Made by a program: the position numbers and the translations under genes
Shown: one piece after another, positions 51,030 to 64,000 of the stretch
Position numbering within the stretch: position 1 is the first letter of the stretch
Layout: every line of letters starts with the position of its first letter
DNA from: Phoronis australis
Taxonomy: Eukaryota; Animalia; Phoronida
Assembly (NCBI GenBank): GCA_002633005.1
Contig: NMRA01000088.1
Coordinates: forward strand, 982,476 to 1,046,475
Length of the DNA stretch: 64,000 nt
Direction of reading: 5' to 3'
The notes under the pieces: model-generated
What the model was told of the DNA's origin: nothing
What the model saw: the letters and a program-made list of their open reading frames with translations, nothing else
Database searches by the model: none

Positions 51030-51911
51030 TGTAGAGACCAGTTAATTTTAGTTCATACAGGCCAGAGTTTATTATAGATACGAGATAACAGGTGTCACCT
51101 ATGAGATGGAGATAGGGTAGCTGTTAGACAACTTATTGCATGGATTATTCGCAGTACCATATTTGTCACCGTTCTTTTATAAATACTCTGTGTCGATCTA
51201 TCATACCATCAAACTGACGCTGATTTTATGATGTGATAGTGCCCAACGTCTCAAAAGAGTTGTTTATAGAATGTTACCTGTTAGAATTTGTAAAAAATAC
51301 CCAAGACAGAAAAAAATGTCAGCGTCAAGTTCTGGAAGCTTATCAGGAAAAAAAAGCTGGCACCAGACACGAGCTCGAACTACACGCAACAGACATAGTC
51401 CCTCTGTTTGGGTTCCCCTGTTGTTGGACTAGGAGCTCCATCAATTTGCCTAGCTTCCATTTCCAAGGCACCTCATCAAAAAACACTGAACCAGTTATTA
51501 CTTCCATGCCATGTATGATTCGTATGCTGTGCATGTAGTGACACCTAGCGCCTACTCCAGAAGAAGTACCCCAGGCTACGGATTTCAAAGGGAAAAGAAA
51601 TAAATATGGCCAAACCGCTCTCTTCTGTTTCAAAGTCGCGTATCAGCTACTGTCTGGTGAACTGTTACCTTGAAAATGGTTTAAAGTAATAAACCGAAAC
51701 GTCGGACAAATATGTTTTTATGTACGTTCGCGCTCATCTTAAAATTCGTGCTTCTGTTTTGGCCTAAAACGAATCTGATTAGTCAGGTGGTCATTAAAAA
51801 ACAGAAACAGCTGAGAGAGATTAAACTAAAGCTAAACGAGACATAGTAAATATAGACGCTGATGTTGGCTAATAGTGAATAAAATAAATAAACACAAAAA
51901 ATCAGGAATAC

Positions 51912-51982
51912 CAACAGGGCGCCGAACCAAAGGTATCTAGATTGCCGGTCTAGTGCTCCTACCACTGACCTACTGAAGACCC
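51912..51982 (-). mobile_element. tRNA(Ala)-like SINE head or tRNA pseudogene
   Basis: On minus: gggtcttcagtaggtcagtggtaggagca-ctaga-ccggcaa-tctag-atacctttggttcggcgccc. Anticodon arm reads GGC with C instead of U33, and the T arm is degenerate. Confidence 0.5.
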
Positions 51983-53479
51983 GATATCTGTGCAGTAAAT
52001 GAGCAATCTAATCCTTTGAGAGGATACACGAGGGTCTTGCCAGTATTATGAAAGCATGTAAGAAAAGTAAGTTAACGACTATGTTGTGAAAAGAGTAAAA
52101 GATGTCCTTTCCTCGGAAACGCGAACGAATCCAGTGTCACACCATGACGTTGCGGTTCGCTATGATACATGCCATTTTAAATTACATCATGACAATCGGA
52201 CAACTGAACTAAGAATTTTCTAAAAAAACTTTTTACTCAAACTGCAGGCATTTTACCTAAATGAACGTAATCGGCATTACGACTAAAAACGCAGTTTTGG
52301 GATCGGATGGATAGACTTCTGAAGTTATTACCTTTGACCAATGCTATAAAACAAAATCTGTTGTGTTTTTTGTGATTTTATTACGTATTGCAAATTCCCT
52401 TCGTTGCCTGCCAGCCATTCGCCGAAACCCAGTCCGGTGGCAGCATGTCACGCTCGAGTTGAACATGACAAGCATCGAACGTCTGACGCTTTGTTAGCGA
52501 TTATTTTGATGACTAATTTGTACACGAAGCCGTTGTGAGGCGCCACGGTCACGACAAAAATCGCATAGTTTGTGCGATGCGGTTAACGAACACTTCATAT
52601 GCGCTAACTGCGCAGCGACACCGGAGCTAGCATATTGTGAAACAAAACATGAGGATGAGCTAAAAGGTCATATATATTACGGCAAACTAAACAGATATTG
52701 AAAAATACAATTAAAGATGTATAATATGTTGAGTTGTAAAAATGGGTGACTTTCTACTGAAGCAACACCATGACATCGACATAAGAAATTTGACAGGAAA
52801 TACGTAATAAAATGGGTTGAGGGAGGGAAGGTTGTAGGAAAATGGAATGAAAAATACCGAGTTGACGATAAAACATGAACGGTGACACAGTACTGCAACA
52901 GGACAAAGAAATCATGTGCTACAGGTAAACCAATAGGGGAGAGCAAGAAAGGTCAATGAACCGAGAATCAAAACATTATGATAATGAGGATGAAGCAATA
53001 TAGGTTTCATAATAAAATAATTCAATACTTAAATGTTATTCATATGCGCTAACTGGAAAGCGATACCGAATCTAGTTTACAACACATGAAGATGTGATAA
53101 AAGGTCTTATATATAATGACAAACTAAACTGCTACAGATATTGATAAATACAAAAGATATATAATATGTTGAGCTGTAAAGGTGGGTGACGTCACAGATG
53201 CAGCAGAAGGATGCATCTGCTCACTCGCCAGACAAAAAGGAAAAAATATGTTGTGTGAAGTAAAGTACAAGAAATGATAAATATAAGAAAAGGCCAACAT
53301 GGAGTGGAAACGCTGATTAAAATGACAATCTATACAGTAATGTCCTGGGGTGGAGAATGTTGGTGAGTGAAACGGACACTGGCAATAGAGTTGCCCCTAA
53401 GATGAAAATGATGGTGAGTGACACAGGACACTGGTAATTCAGTTTCCCCTGGGACAACTGGACACTGGCTTCGCCAAAA

Positions 53480-53625
53480 CATACGGAAACTATGAGATTT
53501 GTAGCGTTTTGGATCGAGACCGGCGCACTGGAGTACTAAGTTAAGGTTGCAAGTGAAGTGTGATCGAGTGATGGAGGACGGTGTGCTAACCAGGAATTGC
53601 ATAACAGGCCAGCAGACCCGTCGTG
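53480..53625 (-). pseudogene. Tyrosine-recombinase fragment (DIRS/Ngaro- or Crypton-like)
   Basis: CWPVMQFL...ITRSHFTCNLNLVLQCAGLDPKRYKSHSFR contains the HxxR catalytic box in its typical context; truncated. Confidence 0.7.
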
Positions 53626-55775
53626 CACTGCTGGAGGACACATGATGACTCGGTTAGACATGAACTAATCAACTGTCTACTCTGAGTTGAATGAACTTTC
53701 TAAGTCGCGTTGCCATGGAATCATATTCATTTAAAGTTATGCATGGGCGTCCGTGTTTTGAGGATGTGCAAATATACGCCCAGATACAATGCTTTTGGTA
53801 TGGCAAACTTGTTTTCTACAAGGTATAAAATTTGCAAACAGAACATCTCTGCCTGTTGATTGTAGAGATATTACGTTCATATTTTATGGCAACTTGTTAA
53901 GGTTATCTCACGACTTATTTCGTGGCGACCTCCACTATAACTCGTTCATCAAAAAAACTAGGTATTGTCAAAAGGTAAAAGTGTATATTTTCTAAAAGAA
54001 AAAATATCAGAAAATAGAAAAATATGTTTTTTTATTCATGTGCCACTATTATTATTAAGTTAACATCTTTCTAAATTCAAAAGTTCATGTTTAAGAAAAG
54101 TTCACTCATAGCAAAATAACATTTTTCTAAGGAAGACTTCACCACCTGACTCAAAGAAGTTGTTAGGAATTCTCGATTAGTCTTTTCGTTCGATTTCTAA
54201 AGCAAGTCAACTCGCAAAGCGTATGGTATTTTTGTAAAATTAGAAGTCGTATTCGTCTTTGTTACATTACGCAAAAACTAGGCCTTTGTTATCAAAACTG
54301 CTAAAGCGTTTTTGAGATTGACAAATAAATACACAAAACGCACCTCGATTGGCGTACATGAAGTAATATCCCACTCGACCTTATTCCGCGTATCGACCTC
54401 GACCGAATTGTGTTTATCCCATACGCTTCGAATTCCTAAATTTCTTACATTTTGTCGGCAGATTTTTTAGATACTTGACCCTGACTGTTCACATGGCGGA
54501 TCACATCCTACATGTATGTACTTACGCGTTAGGTTGCAAGTTTTCTCTTGTAAAAGAAACAGTTTTAAAGGTAACGATTTTTGAACAGAGGTAACAAAGA
54601 TGAAAACAACGGCAACTGTGCAGTGAACTTGTAATATCTCCTGGAAATAGTTAAAAAACAACAATAATTGATATTGCAATTTCCTAGGAATCGGCGCCTG
54701 AGTTGCAGACGATATAGTATTCAGCAATTGAAAACTGATTCATAAGTTTTGTTCCAGATTTTACTTTTAGGGCCTGGTTGCATGTCGAGTGTTACTTACA
54801 CTGCTGCAACTGTATTACTTTAAACTGTATTCGGAAAGTTTGATGATCGATCCGGCTGAAGACGTCGAGTCGACATTGGCCTACCTCTTGAACTTTCCGT
54901 GTCAGAGGTCACTGTTGAAGTAGTGCGGGAGGTGAATACGGAAAACTTTATTACATGGCCGTATTTCCCTCGACAGATTCAACGCGTATGGGATAAATAT
55001 CAAGTTTGAAATTTTTCAGCGAAATTCACGTAGCTGTTTTTGAGAACTCGCATTCCTAAAGTCAATTTGCTGAAGCCGAGAAAAAGCCGATTAGTGGCGA
55101 GACACAAAAATCTCAAGGATTTCAGTTAATTATTCGGTAAAAATTGTTTTCGGTCAATGTAACCTATACATCCCTTAGCCGTGTTCATTATTTCACGCGC
55201 AACTTACTATGCGTAATTAACTTAATGGTCACACAAACGTTTTATTAGCCGAGTCGATTCACAATGCATCGAATGCAACTAGGTCATGCGAGCGGAGTCA
55301 ACATATTGATTGGCTCAAGCTGGTGCATTGTGGTTAACTTTAAAGTAGGTCAACATTTCACTATTATATCAACCAAGTGCCGGGCGATTGATATGAAACC
55401 CAAGTACGAAATGAATGATTGAAATCCAGTCGGTGGTTGAAACCCGTCGCGAGCATGAAATCGAAACAACAAAATGTCAAATTACCTATCAAATTAAGGA
55501 ATTTGGATGAGAATTTATCTCTTTTCACAACTTGCTGTGTTCGTGAACACAATGTCATAGAGGCGTGAGGCGACTCGTAACATTCGTTTTCAACGGTCTT
55601 ATGCTTGCAGACACACAACTCCCGCAGTATCAAAACTAAGTTTTGTCTTCGTTTTCCCCGGCATCTTTATAACCTATGTACNAACAAACTGTATTTAGTA
55701 ACAAGAAATGATCTTGTTACTACAATGGGAGACGTTAACAATATTGGAACACGACATGTGTAACAGTTAACTGAA

Positions 55776-55998
55776 AAAAATACAGGATGTCTGATACACG
55801 TTGTACCAGGTGTGTGCAGGCTGAGCATGTGGGCCCATTGCACTGATCGCCTGGAACAATTTTTTGCTTTATTAATATATAGTTAAAACTGAGCTGAGGG
55901 ACTAGAAACCTGACTGAAGGGTCTAGCAGTGCCACCCAATGGGACTGAAACATACGACCTCGCCAGGCACCTATCACACAAGGCCACATTGCCTCCGC
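55776..55998 (-). mobile_element. tRNA-derived SINE with 15-bp TSD
   Basis: Homologous to 17957-18188. Flanked by TAACAGTTAACTGAA at 55761-55775 and 55999-56013. Confidence 0.85.
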
Positions 55999-57387
55999 TA
56001 ACAGTTAACTGAAGATAGTACGCGGAAATTCTGAACAAGGATTGTTGATGCACACCGTTAAGGCTCGTTTAATTCCCAGGAGCACTCAAACTGGACGCCA
56101 GGGCATAACAAGACAAGCAGTGATCAAGAGAAACACCGAATAGCAGCAATTTGTCATCAAATAGGGTCATGGGTATTTAATCTTTCTATTCGAAACCCCT
56201 GACTCGAAATTGAACTCTAAATTATTTGCGGTGACATTTTTCGTTCATCTTCGTCACGGTTGCGAAATCAAGAAAGACGTTTTAGTATTCTGTGCGTTAT
56301 TGTCTACTTGGATGACTATCTATCACAGCATTAATACTTTTAGTTCGAGTTTAAACTCGAAACTCAGAGTTTTTACTCGAGTGAGATGGTAGCCGGAATC
56401 TAGGGACCATTAAGTGCAAAACTGTATTGAGCCCTCATCCGTGCAAAAATCAGGGTAGTATATGTTTTGATCGCAGGAAAGTGGGTCAGTTTGAACAAAA
56501 CATTGCTGTGCGACCAACGACCTCACTTGAAATGATTACTCCACGCACTCCAGTAATAGATCCCACCCCATTTAGTAAAAACTGGAGATTACAAATCCAC
56601 CTCTTAGCAAATTAAGGTTTTAACCTTTGCTTATAAGAGATGTTTACTAGGTGGAAATATTAACTGCTAGTGTGTACACAAACCGGATATCTTTGGATGG
56701 ACGATAAACTGGTTTTGTAAAAAGGGGTCAACTGGGTACAGGTATAGCCTCGAGAACAGGGCTAGTAAACGCTACAAGCGATTTTTATATGAGGTTTTAC
56801 GAGATTGTGATTGTAAACTTGCTCCTACCGAAGTTCTGTGTCAAATACTCAATGCTCTAACAAAGATCACTCAGGCTAACACTAGTGAGCAAACGAGTTC
56901 ACCCTAAATTCATGAAGAACTCGCCTACCATACTGTAGCTGTGGCGATACAGACCCGTAGCCGGGGGGGGGGGGGGTTTCGAGGGTTCGATCGACCCCCC
57001 GCGGAAAAGGTCCAGCCCCGGCCTATCCGTACCCGGTCAACATCGCCCGAACGGTGCTTGATGATGGGATCGTTCAGACGATTAGAGGAGGCTTTATGTT
57101 ATTCATCGGCATTGAACGCGCGTGGTGGCTACAATATTGGGTACCAAGGGAGTCTAAAAGTATAGCTAGCTAGCCTAGCAGCGAGAGAGCTCCCAAAAAG
57201 TAGCGCCGTGTGAATGCCTTAAAATCGACCAAGAAACAAAATAGCAGAAAATAGGTTTGTTTTCTGCTATTTTGATAGTGGCAGAGTACAGTAAAGCGCA
57301 GACATTTTCAAATTTCCACTTTAGTTGTGGATTGGTAGATGACATGCGTGCGCGTACACTTATGTGCGTTTCAGTACACACCGATGA

Positions 57388-59654
57388 TAATTAAGCTCAC
57401 TATTGGCAGCACTCCGTCGTTGCTCAAAAATCAGACATTTAACTATATGGGCGGCGCATCAGAGGGGGTCGGGGTTTATAGCCCACACTTTTTTCATTGC
57501 CGCGCCTCCCACGAACTACCGTATTTTTTGCACTATGAAAACCCCGACGAGCATGTTCATATTATTAAGAAAAGTAAGTCCAATGGCGTACAACCTCGCA
57601 GGCGTCACACGAGCAACAAACTTTATTTTTGAGCATTATTCTTATTTAAATTCTAATTTTACTTTTCTCCTCTGCGAATTGAGCTAAACTAGTTGAGAAT
57701 TACTGCAATGTACCAGTGAACTGGAAATAACACTGAACAAGCGTTCCCGGGTGCTTTTTGCGATCTAATAACTGATTATACGTAATATACATGTAGTCGA
57801 CCACTATAGGTGACGAGATGATAGGGGATTGAGAGTTCTATCTCGCGCTCAATGTGTAACCAGTTCAGGTTACTTGTTGATTTCAATTTTAGGCAGACGC
57901 ACGCGCTTTCCATAATGGTGAGTTAAACTTGTTGCAATCGTGTCTGTATTTTCAGAAGGATTCTGAGGTAACGGGCTGCAACTGTATTCATGTACAGGCT
58001 CATAAAGGAGACTTTTATTTGTCAACTTAAAGCGTACCTTGAGCGGTAACACATTCAGATGTAGTTCCTACAGTATTTAAGGTTGTGGTAGGACCTTTGA
58101 AAAAGTTCCAAATCTGGTTAATTTTGAAAAGTGATACCTCAAAACAGCTAATTGAATTCGTAGGAAACTTCAGATATGCCTTATGCAATGTTTTACAAAA
58201 CGCTATTAGGAATTTTTAAAATGTTCGACTTCTGCATGAAGGGTTATCAAAAATATGACTTATATGACTTTTATGATTTTTATAAAAAAACAAGAGTTGA
58301 ATACAACGGAAACGCAATGATAATCTAGAGAACTGTAACAGCGACTTAGATCCATCACCTTGAGCATTTATATCTATGTTATTGACACAGTTTATTTTAT
58401 AATCTAAGCACCTTTCATTTTCTTTAGAAATAAGGTCACGTGATCCAATTAAATGCAGATTTATTCTAAATTCTAACNTGAATTAAAAAACACCAAAATA
58501 AAATTGCCCCCCTAAAGTACTCACAAAAACCATTTTCTAGAGGCCCTACAAAATTTGGCCCACCGACTAATTAAGCTCACTATTGGCAGCACTCCGTCGT
58601 TGCTCAAAAATCAGACATTTAACTACATGGGCGGCGCACCATAGGGGGTCGGGGTTTATAGCCCCCACTTTTTTCATTGCCGCGCCTCCCACGAACTACC
58701 GTATCTTTTGCACTATGAAAACCCCGACGAGCATGTTCATATTATTAAGAAAAGTAAGTCCAATGGCGCACAACCTCGCAGGCGTCACACGAGCAACAAA
58801 CTTTATTTTTGAGCATTATTCTTATTTAAATTCTGATTTTACTTTTCTCCTCTGCGAATTGAGCTAAACTAGTTGAGAATTACTGCAATGTACCAGTGAA
58901 CTGGAAATAACACTGAACAAGCGTTCCCGGGTGCTTTTTGCGATCTAATAACTGATTATACGTAATATAGTCGACCACTATAGGTGACGAGATGATAGGG
59001 GATTGAGAGTTCTCTCTCGCGCTCAATGTGTAACCAGTTCAGCTTACTTGTTGATTTCAATTTTAGGCAGACGCACGCGCTTTCCATAATGGTGAGTTAA
59101 ACTTGTTGCAATCGTGTCTGTATTTTCAGAAGGATTCTGAGGTAACGGGCTGCAACTGTATTCATGTACAGGCTCATAAAAGGAGACTTTTATTTGTCAA
59201 CTTAAAGCGTACCTTGAGCGGTAACACATTCAGATGTAGTTCCTACAGTATTTAAGGTTGTGGTAGGACCTTTGAAAAAGTTCCAAATTTGGTTAATTTT
59301 GAAAAGTGATATCTCAAAACGGCTAATTGAATTCGTAGGAAACTTCAGATATGCCTTATGCAATGTTTTACAAAACGCTATTAGGAATTTTTAAAATGTT
59401 CGACTTCTGCATGAAGGGTTATCAAAAATATGACTTATATGACTTTTATGATTTTTATGAAAAAACAAGAGTTGAATACAACGGAAACGCAATGATAATC
59501 TCTAGAGAACTGTAACAGCGACTTAGAGCCATCACCTTGAGCATTTATATCTATGTTATTGACACAGTTTATTTTACAATCTAAGCACCTTTCATTTTCT
59601 TTAGAAATAAGGTCACGTGATCCAATTAAATGCAGATTTATTCTAAATTCTAAC
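57388..59654 (+). repeat. Near-identical tandem duplication, 2 x ~1.09 kb (57388-58477 / 58568-59654), separated by one N and ~90 bp
   Basis: Both copies run taattaagctcactattggcagc...ttattctaaattctaac and produce the twin 94-aa ORFs in the track. Confidence 0.95.
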
Positions 59655-60106
59655 ATCAAATTCTACCAGCTTCCTACTTTCAGAAAGAACATACTTTTAC
59701 TCGGTTAAAGTTTTGGCTAACTATACAGACTAATCAATAAGGCCCATCAAAACCTCGAAAGCATATCACATTGACCACACACAAGTCATGAATTGCAAAT
59801 TGTAATGAACTTTTAAACTTATTGTTGTCTTGCGTCTACGTCACTGCGAGAATCCTGAGTTAATTCTTACTGTGAAAATCCAACACCTGCACATATTGGT
59901 TTTCATGCCAATTGACCAATCGCAAGCTCCGCCCCCTTGCGTAATGTTGACTAACAAACAATAAGGTTTACTCGGCAACGGGTTGTTTGTCGGGTAAAAT
60001 GGCGTCTTGGAAACGAAGGTGTGTCACGAATGTTGAGTTCTAAATGGTTAGTTAAGCCGTCACTCAAAGTCCTGGCGATAGGTCAATTCACTCTAGTATC
60101 CAGGAA

Positions 60107-60125
60107 CATATATACATTTACATAT

Positions 60126-60214
<89 letters not shown>

Positions 60215-60233
60215 CATACATACATACACATAT

Positions 60234-60280
<47 letters not shown>

Positions 60281-60290
60281 CATGTGCGTG
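60107..60290. repeat. Compound microsatellite (CA)n-(TA/CATA)-(TG)n
   Basis: Long CA run, short spacer, then TG run and CG/TG tail; nearly unbroken purine-pyrimidine alternation. Confidence 0.97.
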
Positions 60291-61450
60291 AATTACCCTC
60301 CTAAACATTTCCATTTAAGAAAGGTCACATTTTCATTATGGGAAATTTGCTACCAGCATCTATGTCTTATCATACCAAATAAGGAGACTGCTTTGCCTTT
60401 TGGGAGAAAAATCGATGAGGAGTTTACACATCGGTTTTCGGTATTTCAAACTAAACGAAAAATGCCTTGATAAGTACAGAAATTTAAAATTTGCACGGAA
60501 CAAAGGGTAAAAATACCTGGTGCACAGTTTAACTTCAGTTTCTGGCGCAGAGAACCACTTTGAATTATGCAATTTAGTCTGTTTTTCGCGTTGTATGCCA
60601 CTTCAGTAGTGCGAGCATCAATGAGATAACATTTCAATGTCAACTCCTGACCCCTTGTGTCCCTTGGTCATACAATATGCTGCGAGTAAACAAGGCTAAA
60701 AATGTTAATGACAAGAGAAGTGTTTTGGTAAGCACAGAAAAAAGGTAGTTGTTTACCGAATTTCTCGGGTTTTGATATTTGGACGGTATGGAGTTATGTT
60801 CCATGACAACAAAGTAAAAGTAAAATGAGGTAGAAACAATGATAAAATACGGTAGGCAGAAAATAAGTAGATTTGATGCATTGATGGCCTTAAACGCATG
60901 TTACAGCACAGCTTGGCCATATAAAACTAGAAATCTTAATTCACACACTAACTAACTACCTAAGTTACGTTTACATCATTCAAATTGAAGTTAGGTAATG
61001 CAGAATTAACTAACACCTAGTTTTAAATCAAATAATAAGCATTCTTGTAATACACAGTGCCATGCTATAAAAATTTTCTTGAAAAACATCCCTTCGGTTT
61101 GCAACTGGTCGACAGCCGACTAGATGGATGACTTTGTGAAAATGATGCTGTAAGTAAAAACTGCAAGAGTTTTACAAAGACATGAGCACTGAAATGAGGG
61201 TCAAAACAGGACATTCAGTGGCATGTGACCAAAAAGGTGATGATATCTGATAAAAAGGCCCCAAAAGCTGAAAACATAAGAACATGGCTTGTGCATAATG
61301 GTAGACTAGTCAGTGTATTGCAGGCCTATAAAGGGCGCTGGTTAAAAAACGACTGGAACTGTCATGTCTTGTGAATCCCTGCAGTTACCAGACGTACATA
61401 GTGCGTAGAAGTCTATGTAATGTACAAGATCAAATCTCCAGTATCTAATG

Positions 61451-61813
61451 CACGGGTGAGAAACAACATGACCGCCGGTCCTCTAAATCACACTGACTCA
61501 CCCAAAACAGGACCTCCGGGGATCAAATGGGACCGTCGCACCAGAAAATGGGACTGATGCACCTAAAAACATGACCGCCCCACCACAAAACAGGACTGAA
61601 CATCATATGATGACCGCCGGACAATATGCGGTTTCAATCCCCGGCGGTCATCATATGATGTTCAGTCCCCGGCGGTCCTGTTTTGTGGTGGGGCGGTCAT
61701 GTTTTTAGGTGCGTCAGTCCTGGCGCGACGATCCCATTTGATCCCCGGAGGTCCTGTTTTGGGTGAGGCGGTCCGATTTAAGAGGACCGCGGTCATGTTG
61801 TTTCTCACCCGTG
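61451..61813. mobile_element. Foldback element (CACGGG...CCCGTG), ~170-bp arms with a ~20-bp loop
   Basis: cacgggtgagaaacaacatgaccgc...catcatatgatgaccgccgg mirrors ccggcggtcatcatatgatg...gcggtcatgttgtttctcacccgtg. Confidence 0.9.
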
Positions 61814-63276
61814 TAGGGTCCAATCACAAACGATCAGAGATGCAGGCACAAAACAAGTATAGTGCAGTTATGTCCAGGCATAATAACGACTTGAAGTATG
61901 AAGAAGCAAGCAGATCAAATCAGCCACGGATCCAAGTCAGAGGTCATGCCACTAGGATAATTCACTGACAATCACCGAGTAGGCTATTGAAAGAACACAA
62001 CTGATTTGTCAAAGCATGAAACACATTATGGGAAGATATTCACTCAACAGCACTAAAAGTTAAGAACCATAATATCCAGGGAGCCAAGATTTTAGGTCCA
62101 AGGACATAATAAGCTTTTATACTAGTTCACAACATAGAAAGCATAGATGTCAGAGTAATATTCACTCCTTGACCTTGGTCCTGGGTACGCCGGGGTTAGA
62201 GTGATAGACAGATAGCGTCATCTGTTCATCTGCATTGTTCCATGACAGTAAACATAGCACACAACGCACGGTATAGTACAGCAGTCTTCATACGTTAATA
62301 AACCGGAGCAATCTTATGATAACGCACAGCGGGAAACCAGTCACAAGTCCACCGACCATGTTTATTTTCTTCGGAGCACACGCCCGCTAAGTGTCGCTAC
62401 GGTTCATGAAACGACCAATGCCTGGAAACAATGTTCGCTACTGCGGGTCGTCCAATGGGATTTCGGATTTCCCAATAACTAGTCTCTAGTCTCCTGCACA
62501 GACCCTCGAGGTTGATGTTATAGTAACGCGGCCTATAATTCCTCAGAGACAGCCAACTTACCCAACTTCTTNACAGAAGACTTGCTTAACTTGTAAATCT
62601 CTTGAGACTTCTCTCCGATATTTGTGATTCCCCGGGTTGTCCTTCTGGAATTCAGTGAATCAGTTCCTCGCTTTCTTTGGAACATGCAGCAGTCTTGGAT
62701 CTCCCACTGCCACTTTTAAGCTCAACAGACCCTATATTGCGCGTTTTAGCAATGAGTCGAACGACTCCACCCATTTCCTGAGAACTGCCTTACTATTCTT
62801 CTTCCCTCCACCCTTTCTACGTGTAACAGATATCATCCACCTGTACACGGGCTACACAATAGTACACTAGAGCCCGGGGTCTTATCTATTTGCTCTTCGA
62901 ATTTCCTATACGAATTTTTATGAAATTTTGCACACAAATTTATTTCTGTTAGGGAGACGATGACGTCTTTTTGGACGGATTCGACGTAACCTGCGCCACC
63001 AAGTGGTCAGTTTTCTAACACTATCAAGTGCTCCTAAATATTTGCTGCGCAGTAAATGGGCACATTTCAACACTTTCATTGGTCGTCGTCTTTGGCGTGT
63101 CACGTGCATAAGAGTACACGCGAAGTGTTTTCTTAATTTCATCAAGTGGTTCGAGAGATGTGAATATTAATAATTTATGAAAACGGTGTTGTTAGCATCA
63201 TCCCGTGATTCTAACAACAACGGATATTTATTTTCGTCTGTTGTTGTCTAAATTGTTTTTATTATTTCATTTACAG

Positions 63277-64000
63277 ACGAGATACGTACAGGACCTTACC
63301 GTCATCTGTTCCACCCCGAATCCATGGTAAACGCGAAAGAAGATGCCGCTAATAACTACGCCCGCGGTCATTATACTATCGGCAAGGAAGCTATAGACCC
63401 AATCTTAGACCGAATACGTAAACTGGCCGACCAGTGCACTGGACTCCAGGGATTCTTGCTCTTCCATTCTTTTGGCGGGGGTACCGGTTCTGGCTTCACC
63501 TCCCTTTTGATGGAGAGGCTCACCGTGGATTACGGGAAGAAGACACAGCTTGAGTTCGCTATTTATCCAGCTCCTCACGTCGCCACTGCTATTGTTGAGC
63601 CGTACAACTCCATTCTGACAACCCATGCCACACTTGAACACTCCAATGTCGCCTTTTTGGTCGACAACGAGGCTATTTACGATATCTGCCGTCGTAACCT
63701 AGATATCGAACGACCATCTTACGCCAACCTCAACCGTTTGATTGCTTTGGTTGTCAGCTCCATCACCGCGTCACTGCGCTTTGAGGGTTCCCTAAATGTC
63801 GATTTGAGCGAGTTTCAGACCAACTTGGTGCCTTTTCCCCGTATTCACTTCCCTATGGCTACATATGCTCCGATCATCTCTGCTGAAAAGGCTTACCACG
63901 AACAAGTGACCGTTGCCGAGATCACCAACGCCTGCTTTGAGTCAGCTAATCAATTGGTGAAGTGCGACCCACGTAATGGCAAGTACATGTCCTGCTGTCT
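63277..64000 (+). CDS. TUBA: Alpha-tubulin (divergent), exon from codon ~76 to beyond the window end
   Basis: tttacag|(D)[14 protein letters not shown]...[18 protein letters not shown]...[19 protein letters not shown]...VEPYNS...[15 protein letters not shown]...[13 protein letters not shown]; frame open to 64000. Confidence 0.96.

Noticed and set aside
51912-51982. Functional tRNA genes here and at 10822-10892
   Set aside because: Acceptor and T stems are broken and U33 is missing in the 51.9-kb copy; both are better explained as SINE heads or pseudogenes.
57403-58867. Twin 94-aa ORFs as a duplicated gene pair
   Set aside because: Non-ATG starts, no recognisable domain, and fully explained by the 1.09-kb duplication.
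60021-60470. HT/VC-repeat ORFs
   Set aside because: Translations of the CA/TG microsatellite.
63405-63641. 78-aa minus-strand ORF
   Set aside because: Antisense shadow of the alpha-tubulin exon.

Overview
AT-rich, intron-containing animal genomic DNA from a draft assembly with N gaps; the gene and repeat content suggests an invertebrate (inference). Six genes can be reconstructed by hand from splice sites and protein motifs. (1) The 5' end of a PATJ/MPDZ multi-PDZ scaffold gene (-). (2) A complete TM2D1 gene (+), head-to-head with it and carrying a U12-type intron. (3) A two-exon, divergent otopetrin-family gene (-). (4) GADD45GIP1/CRIF1 (mL64, -). (5) A divergent SLC52 riboflavin-transporter-like gene (+) split by one frameshift. 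(6) The 3' part of a divergent alpha-tubulin gene (+) running off the window. The rest holds non-autonomous DNA transposons (Kolobok-type with THAP and KolX-like remnants, hAT-type, piggyBac-type, foldbacks), tRNA-derived SINEs, a tyrosine-recombinase relic, mini- and microsatellites, and two near-identical tandem duplications joined at single Ns (probably uncollapsed haplotypes). I see no CRISPR array and no clearly new multi-gene system. The best leads are the PATJ-TM2D1 linkage, the altered otopetrin residues, the split SLC52 gene and the Kolobok deletion derivative. Family calls rest on remembered motifs, not on database searches.
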